From: a bacterium
GTDB taxonomy: Bacteria; SZUA-182; DTGQ01
Assembly: GCA_049472445.1 (NCBI GenBank)
Contig: JBLIRT010000001.1
Span: forward strand, 1 to 48,481
DNA: 48,481 nt
Direction of reading: 5' to 3'
The notes under the pieces were generated by a model. The model was not told the DNA's origin, searched no databases, and saw nothing but the letters and a program-made list of their open reading frames with translations. The stretch's first letter is position 1. Every line of letters starts with the position of its first letter. Shown here in pieces: positions 19,465-28,112 of the stretch. The position numbers were made by a program, and so were the translations under genes.

Positions 19465-20547
19465 ATGCGTATCTTAGACCGCTACGTATCAAAAGAGTTG
19501 CTCCGGTATTTATCCTGGACCGGCCTATCCCTCATGGGAATTTATGTTATCATTGAGTTTTTCGAGAAAATCGATGATGTGGTAAGGCATGGCCTTAATC
19601 CATACCTCGCCTTAAAATATCTTTTTTACAGCTTGCCTCAAATTTTTTTTCAGATATTACCGGTAGCTTTTCTCATCGCCGCCTTATTAGCTTTGGGACT
19701 GATGTCTCGATCCGGTGAATTGATGGCTATCAAAGCAAGTGGTATCAGCCTTTATCGCCTAACCTCCGTTCTGCTGGTCATTGCCTTTCTGTTTTCCCTA
19801 TTCACCTTTGCCTGTTATGAGATAATCCTGCCCAAAAGCAATCAAAGAGCTGCTTATTACAAGAACATAATCGAGGGCAAGAAAGTCAGCCAGAACCTGC
19901 GCCAGAATCGGATCTGGCTCTGGAGTGAAAAAAATAATATGCTCAATATTCAATTGATGGACCAGGAGAGACAGGAGGCTCGAGGAATCTCTCTTTTTGA
20001 ATTGGACCCCCAGTTTCAGTTAGTTCGTCGAATAGATGCTCAAAGAGGTGCTTATCATGAAGGGAACTGGTATCTTTATAACGGGATTGAACGTGCTTTT
20101 CAACATGATGATCCCATGAAAGTGACTTTCAGGGAGTTTGAATGCGAAAGGTTTCCGATCCAGGAACGGTTTGAAGACATATTTGCCTTACAAAAACAAC
20201 CAGATGAAATGAATTACCGAGAGTTGTCCAAATATATTGAACGTCTGAAGGAAGTTGGGTACAACGTTAATACCTATCTAGTCGATCTGCACATGAAAGT
20301 ATCATCGCCCTTTATAACTTTTATTATGACTCTGATCGGCCTGTCCTTTGCCGTTAAAATTGATAAGAGCGCAAAGTTGTTTAGTGTAGGGCTGGGATTG
20401 GCCATTAGTTTTATTTATTGGCTCATCTTTTATATCGGAGTCTCTCTGGGGCGTACGGGACTGATATCCCCTATGATAGCTGTCTGGCTGGGAAATTTCA
20501 TTTTTATAGTCTTTGGAAGTTTCCTATACCTCCGTATGCCTACATAA
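19465..20547 (+). CDS. lptG: LPS export ABC transporter permease LptG
   Basis: MRILDRYVSKELLRYL... has the same YjgP/YjgQ architecture. It starts 6 nt after lptF. Confidence 0.8.
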   Translation: MRILDRYVSKELLRYLSWTGLSLMGIYVIIEFFEKIDDVVRHGLNPYLALKYLFYSLPQIFFQILPVAFLIAALLALGLMSRSGELMAIKASGISLYRLTSVLLVIAFLFSLFTFACYEIILPKSNQRAAYYKNIIEGKKVSQNLRQNRIWLWSEKNNMLNIQLMDQERQEARGISLFELDPQFQLVRRIDAQRGAYHEGNWYLYNGIERAFQHDDPMKVTFREFECERFPIQERFEDIFALQKQPDEMNYRELSKYIERLKEVGYNVNTYLVDLHMKVSSPFITFIMTLIGLSFAVKIDKSAKLFSVGLGLAISFIYWLIFYIGVSLGRTGLISPMIAVWLGNFIFIVFGSFLYLRMPT

Positions 20548-20675
20548 CATGTTGAAAATAGATAAGTAATTGATTTTCATTGACATGAGCCGGACATCAT
20601 GCTATTTATAATAAGAAGAGATAATATAAAATAATATCTAATAAGTTACAAGAATCCGGCAGGAGATGAGAACTG

Positions 20676-21509
20676 GTGATTTGCGGACAGCCAAAAGGGA
20701 TTCGAAAGATTATGGGGTTGTATTGCTGCCTTATCATGGGCGCATATGGATGCTTACGCCCCCCCATACGAGAGATCGGCGACGCAGAGGCGGCCATAGC
20801 CGCTATCCGGTCAGCAGAGTCCGGATCTTATATAGCTGAGGAGTTGAAACATATTGAGGAGAAATTAGCCAGGGCTCGTTTGGCATTTGAAAGGAAAAGG
20901 TTTAAAGAGGCTCGCACCTTGGCTTTGGAAGCTGGAGAAGAGGCTCGCCAGGCAGGGTCCCAGGCTGAAGAAAGAAAGGGAAAAGCCAGGGAGGAGGCAG
21001 AAAGAGAACTGACTGCTGCTCACAGGTCCCTTTGTGATCTGGAAGAGAAACGGCTCATACGGTATAATTTAGAAGAATATAGGGATATTTTAACTCATTT
21101 TCATATCATTCAAAAAAAATATGGTCAGGAACAGTATTCCGAAGTTATCGAGAAGGCCAGATCAATAATCTCCCGATGTAAGGACTTACAAAAAAGGACC
21201 AAGGAACCTGAAGAGAGTAAAAATGAAGCGAAATGTGAGAAACCTGAGCCTTCAGACGAATCCGGATGGACGGCCGGGCCAAAAAAAGAACAGCAGAAAG
21301 GATCGTCATCAGCTTTCCAGGAAGAGCAGAAGTACGAAGAATATGAAGAATATGTGGTACAAGTGGGAGATTGTCTATGGACAATATGCCAGAACATGCA
21401 TGTTTACAGCAATCCCCTCTCGTGGCCCATTTTATATAAGGCCAATCGAGCTCAGATCCGTAACCCTGATCTTATTTATCCGGGACAACGGTTCGTGATT
21501 CCTCGATGA
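20676..21509 (+). CDS. LysM-domain protein with an N-terminal coiled-coil (DUF4398-like) region
   Basis: The C-terminal LysM is YVVQVGDCLWTICQNMHVYSNPLSWPILYKANRAQIRNPDLIYPGQRFVIP. The middle is a charged helical region rich in E/K/R. The start is uncertain (GTG 20676 or ATG 20712, MGLYCCLIMGAYGC). Confidence 0.7.
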   Translation: MICGQPKGIRKIMGLYCCLIMGAYGCLRPPIREIGDAEAAIAAIRSAESGSYIAEELKHIEEKLARARLAFERKRFKEARTLALEAGEEARQAGSQAEERKGKAREEAERELTAAHRSLCDLEEKRLIRYNLEEYRDILTHFHIIQKKYGQEQYSEVIEKARSIISRCKDLQKRTKEPEESKNEAKCEKPEPSDESGWTAGPKKEQQKGSSSAFQEEQKYEEYEEYVVQVGDCLWTICQNMHVYSNPLSWPILYKANRAQIRNPDLIYPGQRFVIPR

Positions 21510-21533
21510 CTACATGACAGGAAATGAATCATT

Positions 21534-22571
21534 TTGGAAAGGGAGACCCAGCTAATATTGAAAAAAGAACAGGTAATTAAGAAGATTGAATGCGATTATA
21601 ATCAGGGCCTGATTGATTTTTTTGGCTGTAATGAAAAAAATGTAAAATTGCTTGAGGATAACTTCAAGGTTCAGATTTCAACCAGAGGAAATCAGTTTTG
21701 TATATTAGGCAATGAGGAAAATGTCACCAGAGCGACAAACATTATTCCGAGGCTGCTTAACTTAATGAAACAGGGGGCTGTAAGTAAAGGAACTGATATC
21801 AATTATATTATTCGGACCTTTACTGAGGATGAAAATGCCGATCTGGAATTAATCTTTTTAGACCAAATTGAAGTTGCAGGGAGAAAGCGGTTTATTCGAG
21901 CCAAAGGAAAGGTGCAACAGGAATATATTCAGGCCATAAGAGAGGATGATATTGTTTTTGGAATCGGGCCGGCGGGGACTGGGAAAACCTACCTGGCCAT
22001 GGCCATGGCTGTATCTTCAATGATAAAAAAAGAGGTAAGCCGTATTATTCTGGTCAGACCGGCCGTGGAGGCAGGTGAAAAGCTGGGATTCCTCCCCGGC
22101 GATTTACAGGAGAAAGTAAATCCCTATTTACGCCCTCTCTATGATGCTCTTTATGATATGATGGATGCAGAAAGAGCTCATCGTCTCATGGAGAGAGACA
22201 TTATAGAAATCGCTCCTCTGGCTTATATGCGGGGAAGGACTTTAAATAATGCCTTTGTTATTTTGGACGAAGCTCAAAACACTACTTCAGAGCAAATGAA
22301 AATGTTTTTAACTCGATTGGGTTTTGGATCCAAGGCTGTCATTACGGGTGATATAACCCAAATTGACTTACCTCCTGAAAGATCCTCGGGTTTAGTTGAA
22401 GTTCAGTCTATCTTGAAAAAGATCCACGGTATCCGATTTATCTATTTCACTGACCAGGATGTCGTTCGGCATAACTTAGTGCAGAAGATTATCAAGGCTT
22501 ACGAGGCTTATAATCCTCAACGAAATCATTCTGGTGTGAAATCTGGTGAAGTGCCTACCAGTGAAGGATAA
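21534..22571 (+). CDS. phoH: PhoH-like ATPase (YbeZ)
   Basis: The Walker A motif is GPAGTGKTYLAMA. ILVRPAVEAGEKLGFLPGDLQEK and VILDEAQN are also present. It lies in the conserved phoH-pgpH-ybeY context. Confidence 0.85.
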   Translation: MERETQLILKKEQVIKKIECDYNQGLIDFFGCNEKNVKLLEDNFKVQISTRGNQFCILGNEENVTRATNIIPRLLNLMKQGAVSKGTDINYIIRTFTEDENADLELIFLDQIEVAGRKRFIRAKGKVQQEYIQAIREDDIVFGIGPAGTGKTYLAMAMAVSSMIKKEVSRIILVRPAVEAGEKLGFLPGDLQEKVNPYLRPLYDALYDMMDAERAHRLMERDIIEIAPLAYMRGRTLNNAFVILDEAQNTTSEQMKMFLTRLGFGSKAVITGDITQIDLPPERSSGLVEVQSILKKIHGIRFIYFTDQDVVRHNLVQKIIKAYEAYNPQRNHSGVKSGEVPTSEG

Positions 22572-22573
22572 CG

Positions 22574-25153
22574 ATGTTTGGTATCGGAAATAAGAGTGCA
22601 GGAAAAGCAGTAAGTGCCAAAAAAATCCCCTTAAAAGATAAAAAGATACTCGTTTCAAGGTATTATAAAAATTACACCCTCCATTTCGGCGGGCTGTTAC
22701 TTGTCCTGACCATCGCCTTGACCTATTTAATCTCGCCCATAGTTAGCGTTCCCCACATTTCCATGCAGGCAGGGGATATCAGTCCCAAGGATATCAAAGC
22801 TCCCAGAGATCTTCAGGTGGAAGATAAGGCTACCACCATAAAACGACAACAGGAGGCGGAAGCAAAGGTTTTAGCTGTATATGATTTTGATGACCGATTA
22901 CTGGTGGATATCAACCAGAAGTTAAGCCTCATTTTCAGATTACTGAAAGAAGATCAAAAGGCTCTTTTCCCTGAGCAGGAAGGAACTGGGACAAATTCCA
23001 CAGGAAAAGAAGGATCACCGGAAAGCAATTCCCCGGAGGCAGGCTTATCCGAGCCTCTTCGATCAGATTATGAGGAATCTTCCAAGAGTCTATCAGATTC
23101 GCCCCAAGAGGCATCCTCGTTAGTCTTGACTGCCGAGCAAAGGTGGGAGCGGTTTAAACAAAAAACCTCTCTTCCCCTTTCCTTCGAGGAATATGAATAC
23201 CTCCTCAACTGGCCGGAAAAGGGAACCTTCCGAGGTTCTATCTATCATCTTCTGAGCGTGGTCATGCAGAAAGGTATTGTAGGAAGTTTAAACCTGCCCC
23301 TCGAAGAAATTAAAAAGGGCTTCATCAAGAGAAATATCACTACCGGCGAGGAAGTAGTCATGAAAGGTATCGATGAAGTGTTTGATGAAGAACGCGCTAA
23401 AAGGGAAATCCAGACCATGTCTTCATCTTTCTTTCCGGAGAACCCAAAGATCTCACAATTAGCAGCAACCGTCGCCAAGGGATTAATTTATCCTAATATA
23501 AATCTTAACCTGAGTGAGACAAGGCTTCGAAGAATGCAGGCTATTGAAAGTGTCAAGCCCTCTTTCTTCCAGATTAAAAAGGGGGAGATGATTATACGGG
23601 AAGGGGAAAGAATTACTGAAAATCACCTGACGAAGCTTTATGAGTTAATGAAAGTTACTGAGGAGGAGAATGTCTATCTCTCTTTTTTAGGACTTGGGAT
23701 TATCGTTCTTTTAACCCTGATCATGTTGCTCTTCTTTATTGACCGGGTTCATCCGACTCTGGCCAGGAATATGAAAAATCTCCTTCTTATCGCTTCTATT
23801 ATCTTGATTACGATGTTTCTCAATAAGATATTTGTCTATATAGCTCATGGTCTATCGGCTACCGTATCTCAGATAGAATATGGATCTTATTTTTACTCCT
23901 TTCCCTTCGCTGCTGCAGCCATGCTCGTTGCTCTCTTGCTGGATGCCCAGATTGCAGTTATGGTTGCAGCCGCCATAGCCATTTTTTCAGGTTTGCTTCT
24001 GGGTAAAGACTTTTATTTTTTCTTATTGGCTTTTTTCAGCGGATTAGGGGCCATTTATGGGTTGGTATATAAAGCTCACCGCACCGCTGTTGTCCGGAGC
24101 GGGGCGATGGTCAGCTTAGCCAACCTGGCCGTGATCATCCCCCTGGATATGACCAAAGGGGCCTTGTTCAGTTCTCAGGGTGCCTATGACTGCCTTTTCG
24201 GGATTATTGGAGGGTTGATAGTAGCTACCTTAGTCTCAGTGCTCTTACCGATTTTTGAATCTTTATTTAAATTAACCACGGATATCAAACTGTTAGAATT
24301 ATTAAATATGAATCAGCCAATCTTGCGCCGTCTGGCTACCGAAGCGCCTGGCACGTACCACCATAGCGTTATTGTCGGCAACCTTTCTGAAGCAGCCTGT
24401 GAGGCAATCGGGGCTAACTCTCTTTTAGCTCGTGTTGCCTCAAATTATCACGATATCGGCAAGATTAAAAAGCCTCGATACTTTGTAGAAAACCAAATGA
24501 ATTTTAAAAATGAGCACGAAAAGCTTTCGCCAAGTATGAGCGGCCTCATCTTAATCTCTCACGTGAAGGATGGAGTTGAGCTGGCCAGACAGCATAAACT
24601 GACACCAACCCTTGTTGATATTATCAGCCAGCACCACGGAACCAGTCTGCAAAAATTTTTCTATAAAAAAGCTAAAGATCAGGAAGAAAGAGAAGGGCAA
24701 AAAATATACATAGTGAAAGAAGATGATTATCGTTATCCGGGTCCCAAACCACAAACGAAAGAGGCGGGAATTATCATGTTAGCTGATGCCGTTGAAGCAG
24801 CCTCAAGAACCCTTACCGAGCCGAGCCCATCTCGAATCAAAGGTTTAATTTTAACTATTATCAATGATATCTTCAGGGATGGTCAGCTGGATGATTGTGA
24901 ACTGACCCTGAAGGATCTGCACCAGATCGCCGGCAGCTTCAATCGTATTTTGACAGGTATATTCCATCAAAGAATTGCCTATCCCAGTCTTGAGAGTGGA
25001 GCGGAAAATGGAAAGAAGAATGGAGATCCAAATCAGAAATCAGCAAAGGATCCTAAAGGTAAATATCCCCAAATGGAAGAGGATAACGAAGAAAATCTTA
25101 GGAGACTTGGGATTTCCAGCTCAGGAAGTGAGCATTCTCTTCGTAACAGATGA
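22574..25153 (+). CDS. pgpH: 7TM-receptor HD-domain phosphohydrolase (PgpH/YqfF-like, HDIG)
   Basis: An extracellular N-domain is followed by 7 TM helices. The HD domain has APGTYHHSVIVGNL and NYHDIGKIKKP. The C-terminal ~45 aa are low-complexity and overlap ybeY. Confidence 0.85.
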   Translation: MFGIGNKSAGKAVSAKKIPLKDKKILVSRYYKNYTLHFGGLLLVLTIALTYLISPIVSVPHISMQAGDISPKDIKAPRDLQVEDKATTIKRQQEAEAKVLAVYDFDDRLLVDINQKLSLIFRLLKEDQKALFPEQEGTGTNSTGKEGSPESNSPEAGLSEPLRSDYEESSKSLSDSPQEASSLVLTAEQRWERFKQKTSLPLSFEEYEYLLNWPEKGTFRGSIYHLLSVVMQKGIVGSLNLPLEEIKKGFIKRNITTGEEVVMKGIDEVFDEERAKREIQTMSSSFFPENPKISQLAATVAKGLIYPNINLNLSETRLRRMQAIESVKPSFFQIKKGEMIIREGERITENHLTKLYELMKVTEEENVYLSFLGLGIIVLLTLIMLLFFIDRVHPTLARNMKNLLLIASIILITMFLNKIFVYIAHGLSATVSQIEYGSYFYSFPFAAAAMLVALLLDAQIAVMVAAAIAIFSGLLLGKDFYFFLLAFFSGLGAIYGLVYKAHRTAVVRSGAMVSLANLAVIIPLDMTKGALFSSQGAYDCLFGIIGGLIVATLVSVLLPIFESLFKLTTDIKLLELLNMNQPILRRLATEAPGTYHHSVIVGNLSEAACEAIGANSLLARVASNYHDIGKIKKPRYFVENQMNFKNEHEKLSPSMSGLILISHVKDGVELARQHKLTPTLVDIISQHHGTSLQKFFYKKAKDQEEREGQKIYIVKEDDYRYPGPKPQTKEAGIIMLADAVEAASRTLTEPSPSRIKGLILTIINDIFRDGQLDDCELTLKDLHQIAGSFNRILTGIFHQRIAYPSLESGAENGKKNGDPNQKSAKDPKGKYPQMEEDNEENLRRLGISSSGSEHSLRNR

Positions 25154-25472
25154 GACTATATGCAGACTAAACAGGCAATATCGGGATATGGATTCAGCGA
25201 CTGATGTCCTGGCCTTTCCCATGAGAGAGGGAGAGGATGCAGATCTTCATCCTGAGCTGCTGGGAGATGTAGTTATTTCTGTTGAAACTGCCCGCAGGCA
25301 GGCCCGGGAAGCAGGGCATTCACTGGAGCGGGAGTTGGCCATTCTTCTGATACACGGTATTCTCCATCTCGTTGGATTTGATCACCTTAATCCAGAGGAG
25401 GCTCATCTCATGGAGAACAGATCAAGGGAAATCTGGGAACATATTCAAGGTGAGGTGGCCGACCATGCCTGA
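25020..25472 (+). CDS. ybeY: rRNA maturation endoribonuclease YbeY
   Basis: MEIQIRNQQ...VSILFVTDETICRLNRQYRDMDSATDVLAFPM...HGILHLVGFDH is the zinc motif HxxxHxxGxxH. The track ORF begins at 24975, but the ATG at 25008 or 25020 is more plausible. Confidence 0.85.
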   Translation: MEIQIRNQQRILKVNIPKWKRITKKILGDLGFPAQEVSILFVTDETICRLNRQYRDMDSATDVLAFPMREGEDADLHPELLGDVVISVETARRQAREAGHSLERELAILLIHGILHLVGFDHLNPEEAHLMENRSREIWEHIQGEVADHA

Positions 25473-26199
25473 CGGCAAATCATACATCCTTCTGGAAAAG
25501 ATAAACTTTGCCATTGAAGGAATTGTTTATACAGCCAGGACTCAGAGAAATATCAGGTATCACCTCCTGGCGGCCGCTCTGGTATTGGTGATAAGTGCTC
25601 TTCTGCCTATCACCAAAGGAGATTTCCTGGTGATCATCCTGATAATATCCCTCGTCTTGATGGTTGAGGTTATGAATACCGCCATTGAGGAATTGGTGAA
25701 TATGATCAGCCCGCAGAGCGATTACATGGCCAAAATTGTCAAGGATATTGCAGCAGGCGCTGTGTTGATTTCGGCTATTGCCTCAATAATCCTGGGAGGT
25801 TTGATCTTCATTCCCCATCTTCTTTCGCCGGCCTCCAGAGCAGTAGGATTTTTCCACGGGTTGAGTAAAAATGTACTCTCTGCTTATATTATTCTGGTTT
25901 GTCTTCTGGTCATAATTATATTTATTGTCATTGCCAAAGCCAAGTATGGAAAAGGGGAGCCCTTGCACGGGGGTATGCCGAGCGGCCATTCAGCCGTAGC
26001 CTTTTCCCTTGGCACAGCAGTATTTTTTTTAAGCGACAATCCCATCGTTATCGTACTTGCCTTGTGTTTAGCCCTTATGGTGAGTCATAGCAGGTTAATG
26101 CTAAAAATTCACACCCAGAGAGAGGTTATTGCCGGGGCTCTTGTAGGCAGTATCGTAACGATAGCTATTTTTATGTTATTTCAATATCTGTTAAAATAA
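25465..26199 (+). CDS. dgkA: Fusion protein: DgkA-type diacylglycerol/undecaprenol kinase (N) + PAP2-type lipid phosphatase (C)
   Basis: The ATG at 25465 overlaps the ybeY stop (ATGCCTGA). The N-terminal half (NFAIEGIVYTARTQRNIRYH...MVEVMNTAIEELVN...KDIAAGAVLISAI) is DgkA. The C-terminal half carries PAP2 motifs: KAKYGKGEP (degenerate KX6RP), PSGHS and SRLMLKIHTQRE (SRX5HX3[D/E]). Confidence 0.75.
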   Translation: MPDGKSYILLEKINFAIEGIVYTARTQRNIRYHLLAAALVLVISALLPITKGDFLVIILIISLVLMVEVMNTAIEELVNMISPQSDYMAKIVKDIAAGAVLISAIASIILGGLIFIPHLLSPASRAVGFFHGLSKNVLSAYIILVCLLVIIIFIVIAKAKYGKGEPLHGGMPSGHSAVAFSLGTAVFFLSDNPIVIVLALCLALMVSHSRLMLKIHTQREVIAGALVGSIVTIAIFMLFQYLLK

Positions 26200-26218
26200 A
26201 GGAGAAATAAAGAGTATT

Positions 26219-27139
26219 ATGGAAAAAGTTGAACCACCTGGAGAAGATGCCGCAAACTCTCTTCAAAAATTATTTTCTCACTTGCGGGAGGTACTGACAC
26301 GTCTTTGCTTAGGCTCTCGAAAAACCATTGTTCAAAGTGAAGATGAGCTCAGGAAATTGATTGATGAAGGAGAAAAATTGGGCCTGATTGAAGAAAATGA
26401 ACATGAAATGCTCAAGAGTATTCTTGAATTTGGTGATACCATCGTCCGGGAAGTTATGGTCCCCAGAATTGAGATGTCCTCCCTCAGAGAGGATGCTTCC
26501 TATGATTACGTGATGGATTTTGTCATTAAAGACGGCCATTCCAGAATACCGGTGTATAAGGATCGGATAGATAACATTGTTGGGGTATTGTACGTAAAAG
26601 ACCTCCTTCGTTTACATAATATGGATAAGAGCAATTTTAAAGTGTCCGATATCATGCGACCTACCTTTTTCATCCCTGAAACGAAAAGGATCAGTGAGCT
26701 GCTGCGCGAATTTCAGCGAAGAAAAGTACATTTAGCTATTGCTATTGATGAGTATGGTGGAACAGCGGGACTGGTTACGATTGAAGATCTCCTGGAAGAG
26801 TTAGTTGGAGAGATTGAGGATGAATATGACACCGACACTGAAAAGATGCTGACGATTAAAGAAAACATCATCATAGCCGATGGGAGGCTGGCCGTGGATG
26901 AATTGGAAGATTACTATCAGATTCCCCTCAAATCTGATGACTACGAAACCATAGGTGGATTAATCTTTAATCTTTTAGAGAGAGTCCCTCAACAGGGTGA
27001 GCAAATTACTTATCAAGGGCTGCGATTTACCATTGAAAAGGTTGATGAAAGGAGGATACATCGAGTGAAGATTGAAAAACTGGAGGAGGATGCGGTTCTG
27101 GAAACCTTCTCATCCTCTCAAAAAAATGAAGACGCTTGA
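26219..27139 (+). CDS. corC: CorC/HlyC-family protein (CBS pair + CorC_HlyC domain), YbeX-like
   Basis: REVMVPRIEM begins a CBS pair (HSRIPVY; HLAIAIDEYGGTAGLVTIEDLLEELVGEIEDE). The C-terminal transporter-associated domain follows. There is no DUF21 TM domain. Confidence 0.85.
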   Translation: MEKVEPPGEDAANSLQKLFSHLREVLTRLCLGSRKTIVQSEDELRKLIDEGEKLGLIEENEHEMLKSILEFGDTIVREVMVPRIEMSSLREDASYDYVMDFVIKDGHSRIPVYKDRIDNIVGVLYVKDLLRLHNMDKSNFKVSDIMRPTFFIPETKRISELLREFQRRKVHLAIAIDEYGGTAGLVTIEDLLEELVGEIEDEYDTDTEKMLTIKENIIIADGRLAVDELEDYYQIPLKSDDYETIGGLIFNLLERVPQQGEQITYQGLRFTIEKVDERRIHRVKIEKLEEDAVLETFSSSQKNEDA

Positions 27140-27179
27140 TACGAGCTTATTATCGGCCAATAAGAATTTCGGAGGAGAT

Positions 27180-28085
27180 ATGCTCGACCTACCTGGAAAG
27201 GTCCTTTTAATTGAAGAGGAAGCCACGGTCAGGGAAAGGCTGAAAGAATATCTGGAGAAGGCGGGGTTTATTGTCCTGGAAGCCAATCACGGATCCGATG
27301 CCTTAACTGTTTTACATGAGTATATTCCCGACATTATCATTACGGACGCTTATCTTTCTTCAATGAGCAGTATAGAGCTTTGCCGCCGAATCCGCGAAAG
27401 GCCGCTCACAGCAGTAATACCCTTTGTTTTGTTGATGGAGGATGACGGAGAGGAAGACAGCCTGGTCAGACTCAGAATCGGAGCGGATGACTACATTCCA
27501 AAGTCTGTCAGTGCGGAGGAACTGATCATTCGCCTTCAAGCCAAGATCAGGAGATTTCGAACCTTACAGCAATTAGTCCATGTCGACTCATTTACACAAC
27601 TGTACAACCGCTACTACTTTGATAAAACCCTGGTGGATGTCTTGAAAATGTCTGATCGGTACCATCATGATGTGTCTCTTTCCATTTTAGATATTGACTA
27701 TTTCAAGGAATTTAATGACAACTTCGGACATCAGATAGGGGACTTTGTGATCAAATCGGTAGCACGATTCATTCGCCAAAGATTGCGGGAAGTAGATATT
27801 GTAGCTCGATATGGAGGTGATGAGTTTGTGGTTATCATGCCTGAAACTTCAAGGGACAATGCTGAAAAGGCCATGAGCCGTATTCAAAATGAGCTCGCCC
27901 GAACGGCTTTTCATTCCGTAGAGATTGAACAGCAGCTGCAGGTTTCGATCAGCTTCGGGATTGCCAATTATCCCACGGATGCAGCCAATGATTATGAATT
28001 AATTCATAAGGCAGACCAGGCACTGTATGCCATTAAGAGCCTCAAAAACAGAGGGCCGTGGCACCAATATAAACGAAATCAATAA
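27180..28085 (+). CDS. Response regulator receiver + GGDEF diguanylate cyclase
   Basis: The REC domain is KVLLIEEE...PDIIITDAYL...KS. The GGDEF domain has an intact active site RYGGDEF, and an RxxD I-site (REVD) lies 5 residues upstream. The alternative start ATG 27126 lies inside corC. Confidence 0.85.
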   Translation: MLDLPGKVLLIEEEATVRERLKEYLEKAGFIVLEANHGSDALTVLHEYIPDIIITDAYLSSMSSIELCRRIRERPLTAVIPFVLLMEDDGEEDSLVRLRIGADDYIPKSVSAEELIIRLQAKIRRFRTLQQLVHVDSFTQLYNRYYFDKTLVDVLKMSDRYHHDVSLSILDIDYFKEFNDNFGHQIGDFVIKSVARFIRQRLREVDIVARYGGDEFVVIMPETSRDNAEKAMSRIQNELARTAFHSVEIEQQLQVSISFGIANYPTDAANDYELIHKADQALYAIKSLKNRGPWHQYKRNQ

Positions 28086-28112
28086 GATGTATGTAGATCC
28101 CACCATGGGGGT

